64,000 nt of DNA from a virus, in the IMG/VR virus record IMGVR_UViG_3300045240_000051, positions 4,212 through 68,211 of that record, one strand, 5' to 3'. Below, one piece after another: positions 10,983 to 20,030 of this stretch; the first letter of the stretch is position 1, and each line of letters starts with the position of its first letter. The notes beneath the pieces are model-generated. The model ran no database searches. It was not told where the DNA came from and saw only the letters and a list, made by a program, of their open reading frames with translations. The position numbers were made by a program, and so were the translations under genes.

Positions 10983-11357
10983 TCACATAGCCTCTCGAAT
11001 AGCTTTGGCAACTTGGCCATTATACTTAGGGTGAACATGATCGTTGCTCTGCGTAAACGTTACCACCTTGTCGTTGTGGTCCCTGGCAACGGTAAGCACG
11101 GCCCTGGCGGCTTTCGGGTTCAACGGCACAATCCATATCACCTTGCCTGTCGCCTTGGCGCGGATCGCCTGTAAGTTCTGCAACAGCTTGGGATTATCGG
11201 GGTCGTTGCTGCCGGCGCTGACTATGAGCGTGTCCACAGCATGAACCCGACCAATCACAGCGGCGCTAGGAATACCTATTTTGGCGTCATGTATGCACGC
11301 CGGGAAATAAGTAAACTGCGCTTCCGCTATACTGTCGCCGATCACCGCACAAGTCAT
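10983..11357 (-). CDS. Minimal SGNH/GDSL hydrolase
   Basis: VIGDSI (block I), AGSND (block III) and DHVHP (block V). Confidence 0.75.
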   Translation of the reverse strand: MTCAVIGDSIAEAQFTYFPACIHDAKIGIPSAAVIGRVHAVDTLIVSAGSNDPDNPKLLQNLQAIRAKATGKVIWIVPLNPKAARAVLTVARDHNDKVVTFTQSNDHVHPKYNGQVAKAIREAM

Positions 11358-11596
11358 TTCATATCCCTCAAAAAATTTTCAATCCATGCGTGTAGACGGT
11401 TCTTATGCACAGAAGACATTCTCGTGTTATACTCGGACACCAGTATGGCTCTACGACCAACGTACATTTCCTGTGCTCTTTTTCGATCTCTGTACGGGTT
11501 TGGTTTAGGTTTTTTCGGTAGTGGATTATTGTCCGATCCTACCGGGTAAATTTCTGGCCATCCTACTCCTGCACGAGGCATGTTACCGTCCGGTAA

Positions 11597-11959
11597 TTAT
11601 TTGCAGCCGCGCGGCATTGATAAACCTAGTTCTTTTTCCAGTTCTTCCTGTAACAGCGCCAGTGCCCTCCAGGCCAACTTGGCCGAGTGCCGCAGTTTAT
11701 CTGTGTCCAATGTACCACGTTCGGTAAAGTGACGCACGATACAATTTTCATGGTCCATAGACTTACCGCGGGCCCAGTGTGTCGGCTGTCCAGGGTTATG
11801 TTGCTGGTTCCCCACATACGATACATTGGCAACAGCCGCCAGTGCATCGGGAAAATAGTCCAGCACCCCTTCTCCTATGGGGTATTCCTTACGGGCTTTC
11901 GGGTTGGCTGGCAGCAAACGACGCGGAATTTCTGGCACAACTTCTTCTGTATCGATCAT
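11597..11959 (-). CDS. dATP/dGTP diphosphohydrolase-like protein (DUF5664)
   Basis: YFPDALAAVANVSYVGNQQH..W.RGKS..RH..HSAKLAWRALA pattern. Confidence 0.75.
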   Translation of the reverse strand: MIDTEEVVPEIPRRLLPANPKARKEYPIGEGVLDYFPDALAAVANVSYVGNQQHNPGQPTHWARGKSMDHENCIVRHFTERGTLDTDKLRHSAKLAWRALALLQEELEKELGLSMPRGCK

Positions 11960-12315
11960 TATGTGTACTCGCCTCCAAGGATGATGATGGTATGGCGTAG
12001 CGTATGTGCTAGTGCATGTTCGGCGCGGGCACCGCCGCTGTTTTCCCATCCGGGCAGCAGCGCGATTGCGTTCGCGTGTATACATATATAATGTGTGTCC
12101 GCGGCGAGCGCGTCGCGCAACGAAAAACCTTTCGCGAGCGCCGTTGTCATGTCGCCGTCCGGATGCTCTTTTGAGTTAAACCCTGTTTGTTCGTCCCGCT
12201 CCGCTGGATTGAACACTTCATGTCCTTCGGCGCGCAACAGACGGGCGGCTTTATGGAACGCCGGAAAATTGAACTCTGCTATACCCCGCATGGGGCCTGC
12301 TAGGTAAATATTCAT
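11959..12315 (-). CDS. DUF4406 / nucleoside deoxyribosyltransferase-fold protein
   Basis: IYLAGPMRG..FNFPAF..VFNPAE..LLPGWENSGGARAE. Confidence 0.8.
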   Translation of the reverse strand: MNIYLAGPMRGIAEFNFPAFHKAARLLRAEGHEVFNPAERDEQTGFNSKEHPDGDMTTALAKGFSLRDALAADTHYICIHANAIALLPGWENSGGARAEHALAHTLRHTIIILGGEYT

Positions 12316-12833
12316 AGCACCCTCCTAGCTCCTGGTTGTCTCAACTCACTAATAAGTTTGTTCTTGTCCAAGAACAGGCCAGTAGCAAACTGATACATTA
12401 TGTCCCAACGTTCTGGCTCTTTGTCAAACAGCACGTACCCGCGCTTGCGCTGTCCCAGCATATACCCAAGTTCCATATGCCCCGACTTACCAGCCGGTAA
12501 CATCAAAATTCCAACGCTTGAGCGGTTGATATTACGCTCGTCGAACTCGAACACGCATTTGGCGTGGGCACCGTAGATGGCTTCCAGATAACTTCTGCCA
12601 CGGTCCTGCTCGTATTTCTGCCAGATATCGTCCGCCTCCGGTCCGGCAGCGTGCCAATCGTCAAACACATCAAACCCGGCTGCCCGTAGCTCCTTGGCGA
12701 ACTCTCTCACCGATGGTAGACGCAGCGAGCCGATCAGGTAAATGGTTTCTGTTTTCAGGGGGAAGCTAGCCCTAATTACTTCAAGCTCTCTCACTACGGA
12801 CTCCAATAGTAGCGCCACATAAGCGCGCACCAA
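12312..12833 (-). CDS. Nucleoside 2-deoxyribosyltransferase/nucleotide N-hydrolase-like protein
   Basis: IYLIGSLR..FDVFD..LPAGKSGHMELGY. Confidence 0.65.
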   Translation of the reverse strand: MVRAYVALLLESVVRELEVIRASFPLKTETIYLIGSLRLPSVREFAKELRAAGFDVFDDWHAAGPEADDIWQKYEQDRGRSYLEAIYGAHAKCVFEFDERNINRSSVGILMLPAGKSGHMELGYMLGQRKRGYVLFDKEPERWDIMYQFATGLFLDKNKLISELRQPGARRVL

Positions 12834-13515
12834 GCTGCAAAACCTTTATTTGTATGCACCGTCATACCCACTTACCGTTTCTCATGTCCCAACGTTTACC
12901 GGGGGCATATTCAGATCGCGCGGCTGCACGGGCCTTCATGGTAGCTATGCGACCTTTTGCTTTTTCCACCTTAGTACGACCCTGCTCGCTTGTCAACTCT
13001 TTTATCACGGTCAAATCATGCTCTGTAAGCGGGTAGCCATGCTTACCAGATAAACTTGTGGGGGGAGTGTCTTGCTGACAAGGCTGGTCACTCCCCCCGC
13101 TCCGCGTCGGATGGCCCTCTGTCATTGGCCCAACCTTCGGAGCATTGGGATCAACTGGTTTACGTTGCAGGAACTCGGGAATAAGTTCGCTATCGTTTAC
13201 CGGCGCGGTAACTTCTGCCGCGGCATCTATGGCCCGCAGGCAATCCGGGCACGGATCAACGTCGAATATGGGCCAACCGTGCTGGCATACGGGGGTGGCG
13301 TGCGGATCAGTCATTATTGGTCATTTTTGGGTTATGTTTTTCTATACAATCGTGGGATACACATTTCCCGGTATGATCTACCTGTATTGCTCCGCATCCT
13401 TCACATAATACCACCGGAAACAACCCTTTATTTGTGTCATCTTCTGTAGACAATCCAGCCATATCTCCGAAATCTTCGCCAAATATAGCGGTACTACATT
13501 GCTCGCAGTAATCGC

Positions 13516-15405
13516 TCATTTCGCGTCTCCATAAGACTGCCCAACGCCTATGTCGGCGCTAAGAGGTAGATCGGGTGCCCAGGACGGGCGTTTGGTAACT
13601 TCCTCGTAAATTATTCGCTTGGCATTGTCAACGTCCGCATCAGGTACAACGAACGCCAGGGCGTCGTGTTCCTGCAATTTAAACTTATATCCCTTGTCCC
13701 ACAGCCGCAGCGCGGCGTTCATTATTACTACGCGCGCTAACGCTTGAACTATGTTCTCTAAAAATTTACTTCCGTAAATCTTATGCACGAACTTACCATA
13801 CCGGTAAGTAAGACCTGTTTCAGACCTAGGATCAAGCGACACAGGCACATAGTTAAGCCGCATGCCGTTGGGCATCAGCACTGCACCGCGCTCGATTACC
13901 ACAGGACCGAATTTCTGCGGTAAACCGTTGCCGCACCACGACGTTTCCAGCAGCCAATCCAGGCGCTTCCACGCCGCCACGGTGGCCCTGTTCATTTGTC
14001 TATACGTGTCCACGGTCTTTTGGGCCAACGCGGGCGTCCATACAGCCTTCAACCTTGTCATGTCCATACCCATACGGCGGGCACTCTCAAGGACCATGTT
14101 ATAGAACCGGTCTGCGCCACAGCCAAACCCTAGTCCCAGGACACCGGACTTCCCTATGAACCGTTCCAGGCTGTCCTTGGTTACACTTTCCAGGGTGAAC
14201 ACTATGCAAGCCAGGGCAGCATAAGGGTCGATCTTGTTGGCGAACTTGTGCAGCAGGTGTGCTTCACCTACCAGCCATGCAGTTATGCGGGCCTCGATCT
14301 GCGCCAAGTCAATGACTATCACCTTGTGCCCGGCGTGCGCAATAATGGCCTTTCGCAGCTTGGTCTTCTGCCCACCACGACCAGATGGCAGGTTTTGCAG
14401 GTTTATCTTCCACTCCCCACCAAGTCTATGGGTGTGCGCCGCGCCATACTTCAACGGCACAGGCAGCGGATTAACTCCGTATCGTTCGGGCCACGGCAAA
14501 TCCACGATAGATATAAGCCGCTCGGTACGAGTCTGCTCTATGGTGCTCTTAGCACCAAGTCTAGCCGCGGCCAGCGCCTGTACCTGCGGATCGTCGTGTT
14601 CCAGCAATCCTTGCATAAAATCATCGGTCTTGGCCAAAGCGGGTATTTGCTTTCCAGTTAGGGAAGTCTTGTATTCTATAGGCACGCCTAGTTTTTCCAA
14701 GGCGGCAGAAAACTTGTTGGTAGACATTAACTCGGACGTATCCGACAAACCACAGGCTTGCAAAAGCAAAAGTTTATCGTTTTCAAGGTCAACCAAGTGC
14801 CCTTCAAGCATTTTTTTATCGACCTGAAACGCCGGCTCCACGGCACAGCGGAGGACCCGATCCATGATTTTGCGCTCACTAATCGGGAAATTTGGGAGCA
14901 TGATTTTGAAGACACCACGCATCAGGGCTACGTCCTGGTTGGCGTAGTCGCAAACCTGTTTCCATACAGCGGGATCGGCGCGTAACTCCGCGCGATGCTT
15001 ACCCTTCATATTCTGTATGTAGTCACCCTTCGCGCCCAGGCGGAAGAAATCAGCGACCGCGCGCAATGAAACACTTGACAGCAAGTGCCCATGGAGAGCC
15101 CACGCCATACCCATAGGATCGAGCATACGCTGCGGCACAAAACCGTAGCGCCACGCAAGTATGCAATTATCGAAAAGCGAGTTGAATGTTACCGTCGTGG
15201 TAACTTTCGGATCGAACTGTTTTAGGTATTCCGAAAAATCTGGACCGTCTATTGCTTGGGGGCGGTCATCATCCTCAGCCACCGAAACCATAATGGTCTC
15301 AAAACGCGGGTCAAGGATATAATTAGGAGTCGCCATACGGGTAAGGTTGTACTCCGCGTCATAATAAGTTTCGTAGTCCAGATAAAGCAATCTATTTTCT
15401 GGCAA
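13516..15405 (-). CDS. polA: Family A DNA polymerase with 3'-5' exonuclease domain
   Basis: LDYET (ExoI), NLQNLP, DLAQIEARI (motif A), RFIGKSGVLGLGFG (motif B), ENIVQ and QEHDA (motif C). Confidence 0.92.
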   Translation of the reverse strand: MPENRLLYLDYETYYDAEYNLTRMATPNYILDPRFETIMVSVAEDDDRPQAIDGPDFSEYLKQFDPKVTTTVTFNSLFDNCILAWRYGFVPQRMLDPMGMAWALHGHLLSSVSLRAVADFFRLGAKGDYIQNMKGKHRAELRADPAVWKQVCDYANQDVALMRGVFKIMLPNFPISERKIMDRVLRCAVEPAFQVDKKMLEGHLVDLENDKLLLLQACGLSDTSELMSTNKFSAALEKLGVPIEYKTSLTGKQIPALAKTDDFMQGLLEHDDPQVQALAAARLGAKSTIEQTRTERLISIVDLPWPERYGVNPLPVPLKYGAAHTHRLGGEWKINLQNLPSGRGGQKTKLRKAIIAHAGHKVIVIDLAQIEARITAWLVGEAHLLHKFANKIDPYAALACIVFTLESVTKDSLERFIGKSGVLGLGFGCGADRFYNMVLESARRMGMDMTRLKAVWTPALAQKTVDTYRQMNRATVAAWKRLDWLLETSWCGNGLPQKFGPVVIERGAVLMPNGMRLNYVPVSLDPRSETGLTYRYGKFVHKIYGSKFLENIVQALARVVIMNAALRLWDKGYKFKLQEHDALAFVVPDADVDNAKRIIYEEVTKRPSWAPDLPLSADIGVGQSYGDAK

Positions 15406-15630
15406 GTTTTATTCCTTCATCCATCCAATTGCGAAATCTATACCATTGCCGGGATGAAGCGTAAAGAGGGGCGCAGTTGGTGTATCGCTCCAACAGTTTC
15501 ATTTCCGGCAATGATATAGCCTTCAGACCGCCTAGTTGTGCGTTTCTTGTAGACCATCTATTATTTAAGAACCTAGCTCTAGTCTTACTACGCTCAAAAT
15601 CCTTAAACTCTCTAAGCTTGCCAAATTCCA

Positions 15631-16305
15631 TTACAGCAACCCTACCGTCTTTTCACCTTCGCCATAGTGTAGTATAACACTGTTCCGACCGTCCTTCTTT
15701 TCGGGAAGCATCGCGGCACCAGCCACGATTGGGGCAGTTTCACGGAATTTGTTAATCATAGAAGACACACCGGGTATATCGCGAAACTTGTCACCACCGC
15801 ATGAATGTATGTCGTGTTCGGCGGGAAGCAAGGCACACATGGACGGCCAGTAATACCTTGCCGCGCCAACCGTTGCGTTTTTGTTAAACCACTTAACTAC
15901 ATCACGCACTCGGTCATACTTATTAGAAATGTCCATTATTTGGTCTAGCGCCACGCCCAACAAACTATCCTTGGGTACTTCTTGGCAAATGCTTGGGTCA
16001 AACCTAGCCATTTTATAGTCGTCCTGGTCGAAATTTATAATTGCGTTATATGGCGCAAGATATATGACCTGCCGCCCGTAACTCGTAGTAACAATCCCAA
16101 ATGCCCGCTTAACTAAGTCTTTATGCTCCGGGCTAAGGACTATATCAAACACGTCCTCCATGGTAAAATTTATAGGGACAAGCGCGTGAATGGCGCGTTC
16201 CTCTATCAAACCCACAGTTTTCAACGCTTCGGTAAAAGGACCAAGCAAGCCTTTTTCCTTCTTAGCGTCATTTCCAGCTTGTTTCCACTGGTTACGCCTT
16301 GCCAT
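15631..16305 (-). CDS. Hypothetical protein
   Basis: 224-aa ORF in operon orientation with GGGG RBS. Confidence 0.6.
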   Translation of the reverse strand: MARRNQWKQAGNDAKKEKGLLGPFTEALKTVGLIEERAIHALVPINFTMEDVFDIVLSPEHKDLVKRAFGIVTTSYGRQVIYLAPYNAIINFDQDDYKMARFDPSICQEVPKDSLLGVALDQIMDISNKYDRVRDVVKWFNKNATVGAARYYWPSMCALLPAEHDIHSCGGDKFRDIPGVSSMINKFRETAPIVAGAAMLPEKKDGRNSVILHYGEGEKTVGLL

Positions 16306-16749
16306 GTGTTGCCCCTATATTTTGCCTGTTAGTTTTTCCAAAACTGTTTTAACCGGAATACCAGCGTTAATCATTTCCTGTGCTTGTTGCGCACATGACG
16401 AAGGTATTGGCGGCGCTGTCTTGTAAGCATTAACTATTGCGGCCTGTTGTAACGCCTGTGCTGCCATAATATGCTCGGCTTCCTGCGCCCGATCAACCGA
16501 CTCGATCATGCGAAACATGGCACGGGCGTTAAGTACTTCTTCATGTGCTTCGCGTTGCTGATTGCCCTTGGTGAACGTGCTGGCACGCTCAATCAAGTAA
16601 CGCTCGGCAAACGAACGAAAACGCGTTGTTTCGTTATTCATCATATCCATTCTCGCTATATTCTTAATTCTTATGCTCTGCATTAATCATACTCGCCCCT
16701 ATTTTATGCAAGTGCTTATATGTTTTGATATAATTGCTTCCAAGCTTGC

Positions 16750-18054
16750 TCATGGTACATCTTGATTGATCTTGTTAACGCGCACTACCTCGCCCCACGG
16801 ATAGTCCTTCTTGTCTGTGCTGCTGGCCCATATCACCGGGTACGGCGGCTCCTTGCGGGGAAACGTCACATACCCATCGGTGAAGCCTATGAACATATCA
16901 GGCGGCTCATAGGCGTTGTCGTGTATCCATTTGAACACCGGGTCGCAGCTAGTACCGCCACCACCCTTGGTGCCGCGGGCAATAACTCTGGCCAAGTCAC
17001 CGGCATCTTCCAACTCGTCGATGTAGTCAATGGCAGCGTCGCACCATAATATCGTTAAACGTTTAGGACGTACACCTTCAAGGATACCCGATAGCTCGGC
17101 CATGTTGCTGGCAATCTCTTGACCGCTACGCGATCCAGACGTATCGCCCCAACACACTACCCAGTTAGCACCATAGCCTGACTTGCTCGGCAGGTACAGA
17201 TCACGCCCAATGAACCGGCGATCAGGTCGGCACCAGTCATAGCTGCCGCTTCCCACCTTGCGGTGAATGATACCCTTGATATGCTCGGTCCACGGTATCT
17301 CCGGGGAGAGTATCTTCTCGAACGCTCGCTTCAACCCGCCAGCCATATCGCCTTGGGCGCGCTGCGCCATAAGCGACTGCGCCACGGCAACCTCCACAGC
17401 CCACTGTTGCGGATTGCGCTGCGCTGCGGCTTGCTGCGGGTTCTGCCCGGTCGATTTACCGGGCGGTAACAAATTATCGAAGCCCGATGCGCCGCCACCG
17501 GAATTGTCCTCGTAAATCTTCTTGTAGATATCTACCACGCTGTCCATTTGCGTGGCGATCTTTGGGTCGTATTGCCCGTCTTTCGGGCACTTGCCGATGT
17601 TACTCTCCACCAGCATGGCGTTAATGCGCAAGTCCATGGCGCGTTGCATGGACGAATTGTCGAACGGCATGCTTGTACCATCCGACATTGGCACCCTGCC
17701 GGTGTTGTTACACCTGTGCAGAAACTCCACGTCCGCCAACATATTATGTACCACTTCATGGCACATGATGAACGTGCGTTCGGGCAGGCTGTACTCGAAG
17801 AACGTGTTAGGATTGAGCAAGATGTTAGCCGCGTCAGTGGCGGCCACTGGCACCTTATCCGTCATAACGGCGGTATGCTCGCCGTTGTTATTGGCTAGCA
17901 GCTTATAGAACAGATGACGGAAGCCCGGAGCGACCCACATCATCATTGACATGGTGTCCTCCCACTGCTGCTTTTGCTTCGCTGTTAACTCTAACGGTTT
18001 CGCAGTATGCAAGCCATTCAAATCGCCACTGTTTGAACTTGTCGAATTGCTCAT
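16750..18054 (-). CDS. Metallopeptidase-like plus VWA domain protein (DUF2201 type)
   Basis: AATD..HEVVH (HExxH); DTSGS MIDAS, GGGGT and FTDGY. Confidence 0.85.
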   Translation of the reverse strand: MSNSTSSNSGDLNGLHTAKPLELTAKQKQQWEDTMSMMMWVAPGFRHLFYKLLANNNGEHTAVMTDKVPVAATDAANILLNPNTFFEYSLPERTFIMCHEVVHNMLADVEFLHRCNNTGRVPMSDGTSMPFDNSSMQRAMDLRINAMLVESNIGKCPKDGQYDPKIATQMDSVVDIYKKIYEDNSGGGASGFDNLLPPGKSTGQNPQQAAAQRNPQQWAVEVAVAQSLMAQRAQGDMAGGLKRAFEKILSPEIPWTEHIKGIIHRKVGSGSYDWCRPDRRFIGRDLYLPSKSGYGANWVVCWGDTSGSRSGQEIASNMAELSGILEGVRPKRLTILWCDAAIDYIDELEDAGDLARVIARGTKGGGGTSCDPVFKWIHDNAYEPPDMFIGFTDGYVTFPRKEPPYPVIWASSTDKKDYPWGEVVRVNKINQDVP

Positions 18055-18388
18055 TTGGTGCTCCTATAGGAAACTTACGGTCCTTATTGGCCCATCCGGC
18101 ATGATAGTGCCGCCACAAGTCGCGGGCTATAACGCCGCGTTTTACAAGCGCCTTCTGCTGCTCTGTGTCCACGTTTTCGGGTCGAAGTCGTCCACCCATT
18201 GCAAGTACCTTGTTATTTCTGTTTCGCTGGCGCCGGGCCAGTTTAGATCAACCTTTACAAACGTAGCACTCGCTTTAGTTAAATTAGGCCAGCGGCAAGG
18301 ACGCCCAGGATATTCTAGGCGCTTCTTGCGATACTCAGCCATAACCTTCCGGCAAAAACGCCTGTAGTTTCGACTACCAACGGCATAC

Positions 18389-18814
18389 CTACTTGATTCC
18401 ACCGGACATTTCCTTGGCCGCAGCCATAAGCTCGCTGCTTACGCCGCTTTCCTCGGTGGTGTCGGCTTCGACCGCCTTGCCGATCACATCATCCAGCAAC
18501 TCAATTTCCTCATGTCCTGTGAAGAAATCATCGCTGAACAACGCAATCTTGGGCTTCTGGCCTTGGGACAACAAACACGCCTTGGCGTACACATGCCTTG
18601 CTGCCGCTGTCCACGCCTTGCGCATAACTTCGTTCTTGTCTTCTTCCGGGCCATAGTCAACCCGTAACTCCATGGTGAATTGTCGTTGCATCTGTATGCT
18701 CCGTTGGTTGTCTTTAGAAGTAAATCTGTTGTCACCCATACGCCAGTCAATTAACTTGTCCAGCGTATTGGGTTCCAACATCGGCACATCCCAAAACGGA
18801 TGCTTATCCGTCAC
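18389..18814 (-). CDS. Hypothetical acidic protein
   Basis: ORF overlapping the stop codon of the AAA gene. Confidence 0.6.
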   Translation of the reverse strand: MTDKHPFWDVPMLEPNTLDKLIDWRMGDNRFTSKDNQRSIQMQRQFTMELRVDYGPEEDKNEVMRKAWTAAARHVYAKACLLSQGQKPKIALFSDDFFTGHEEIELLDDVIGKAVEADTTEESGVSSELMAAAKEMSGGIK

Positions 18815-19929
18815 GCAAGACTCGCAATCAGCGAGACCAGCGTGGCGTTCTTGTTAACCCAAGCGTCCATAGCGGGCATGTTGTAGAACGTCTTGTAGTC
18901 ACGCCGCAACAGCGAACTGATATACGTCACACTCATGTCCTTGGGGAACCGCGTGATATACTTGATGATATTACCAAGATCATCCGGCTCGGTCTGGTGC
19001 GCCATCTTGTAGGCCATCAACAGCTTTAAGTCGGCCTTGCTTGGCACAGGCGTGCCTTCCGGGTCTTGCGCTACCAGCTTGTAAGACGGCAGTTCAAGCT
19101 CGAACTTGGCGAACTCCAAGATGCTTTGCGAACCGCCAGCACCTACATATCCTTGTGTGCTCTCCATGAACCCGGTATCGTTCAATGGGTATTCGCCGTT
19201 GTTGTCGTCCTTCATAACCGTCATGTAACGGTCAAGGCTGGTAACACTCCGCGGATTGCACCACGGTCCCTGCACCTTGGGCTTGGGCTCAAACATGACT
19301 TCCGCATGGTTCTCGGCCCACACCTTCATAAGCGGGGACACTTGCCACATCTTGCCATCCCACTCGTAGGGACGATCAGCGAAGTCATCCAGCCACACCT
19401 TGACGCTGGCCGTTATTGTCTTTTCGGTACGCCGGCCGATCACAAAGTCGAACTCCTTGGTAACGCCATCGGCGCTGTCAATGTTCGTCAAGGCTATCTT
19501 GGGAGACCCAGGCGGAAGATAGAACCCCGGCACGCCACCTTCCAGCATGACACTGGCGTAGGCACGCTTGGTCTCCGCTTCGCCTTGTCCCCATTCCTCG
19601 AACACCATGAGAACTTTGTCGTACACACAAGCCGGTAGGCCATCGGTGGTTATGTACCACCGCGGCATGGCCGGGTCTGTAATCGTGTACCTCTTGCCCA
19701 TGTACTCGACTTCACCTTTCCAGGGAAGCCCAGTGGCATCAACGCTGCTCTGTGTCGCCATGAAGGCACGGCACATTCCCACCTTCTTGCCGGGATTGTT
19801 GGCCTTCAACTGCTTAAACAAGTCGAACGTCGCAGCAGTCTTAGCCATACCGGGCTGGCTCTTGAAGATAACGGTGTTGCTTGCCTTGAAGTCCGCCATG
19901 GCATGGCGCTTTGCGTCACGAATGTGCAT
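18811..19929 (-). CDS. MoxR-like AAA+ ATPase
   Basis: SQPGMAKT Walker A-like, VFEEW Walker B-like and NPRS sensor; adjacent to the VWA gene. Confidence 0.75.
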   Translation of the reverse strand: MHIRDAKRHAMADFKASNTVIFKSQPGMAKTAATFDLFKQLKANNPGKKVGMCRAFMATQSSVDATGLPWKGEVEYMGKRYTITDPAMPRWYITTDGLPACVYDKVLMVFEEWGQGEAETKRAYASVMLEGGVPGFYLPPGSPKIALTNIDSADGVTKEFDFVIGRRTEKTITASVKVWLDDFADRPYEWDGKMWQVSPLMKVWAENHAEVMFEPKPKVQGPWCNPRSVTSLDRYMTVMKDDNNGEYPLNDTGFMESTQGYVGAGGSQSILEFAKFELELPSYKLVAQDPEGTPVPSKADLKLLMAYKMAHQTEPDDLGNIIKYITRFPKDMSVTYISSLLRRDYKTFYNMPAMDAWVNKNATLVSLIASLA

Positions 19930-19962
19930 AGGATGCTCCTAATGCTTGCTCCGGGGGTGGTT

Positions 19963-20028
19963 GGGGCTGTGGCGGGAGCATTGCACCACAGCCCCGTAGG
20001 GCCAGTACGCGAGACTTTACTGGCCTTT
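19963..20028 (-). promoter_or_regulatory. Two tandem hairpins in the leader of the AAA gene
   Basis: ggggctgtgg/ccacagcccc and ggccagta/tactggcc inverted repeats. Confidence 0.45.
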
Positions 20029-20030
20029 CT

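Noticed and set aside
11597-12833. Z-base or 7-deazaguanine DNA modification pathway
   Set aside because: No purZ, dpdA, folE or queC/D/E homologue was recognisable in the window.
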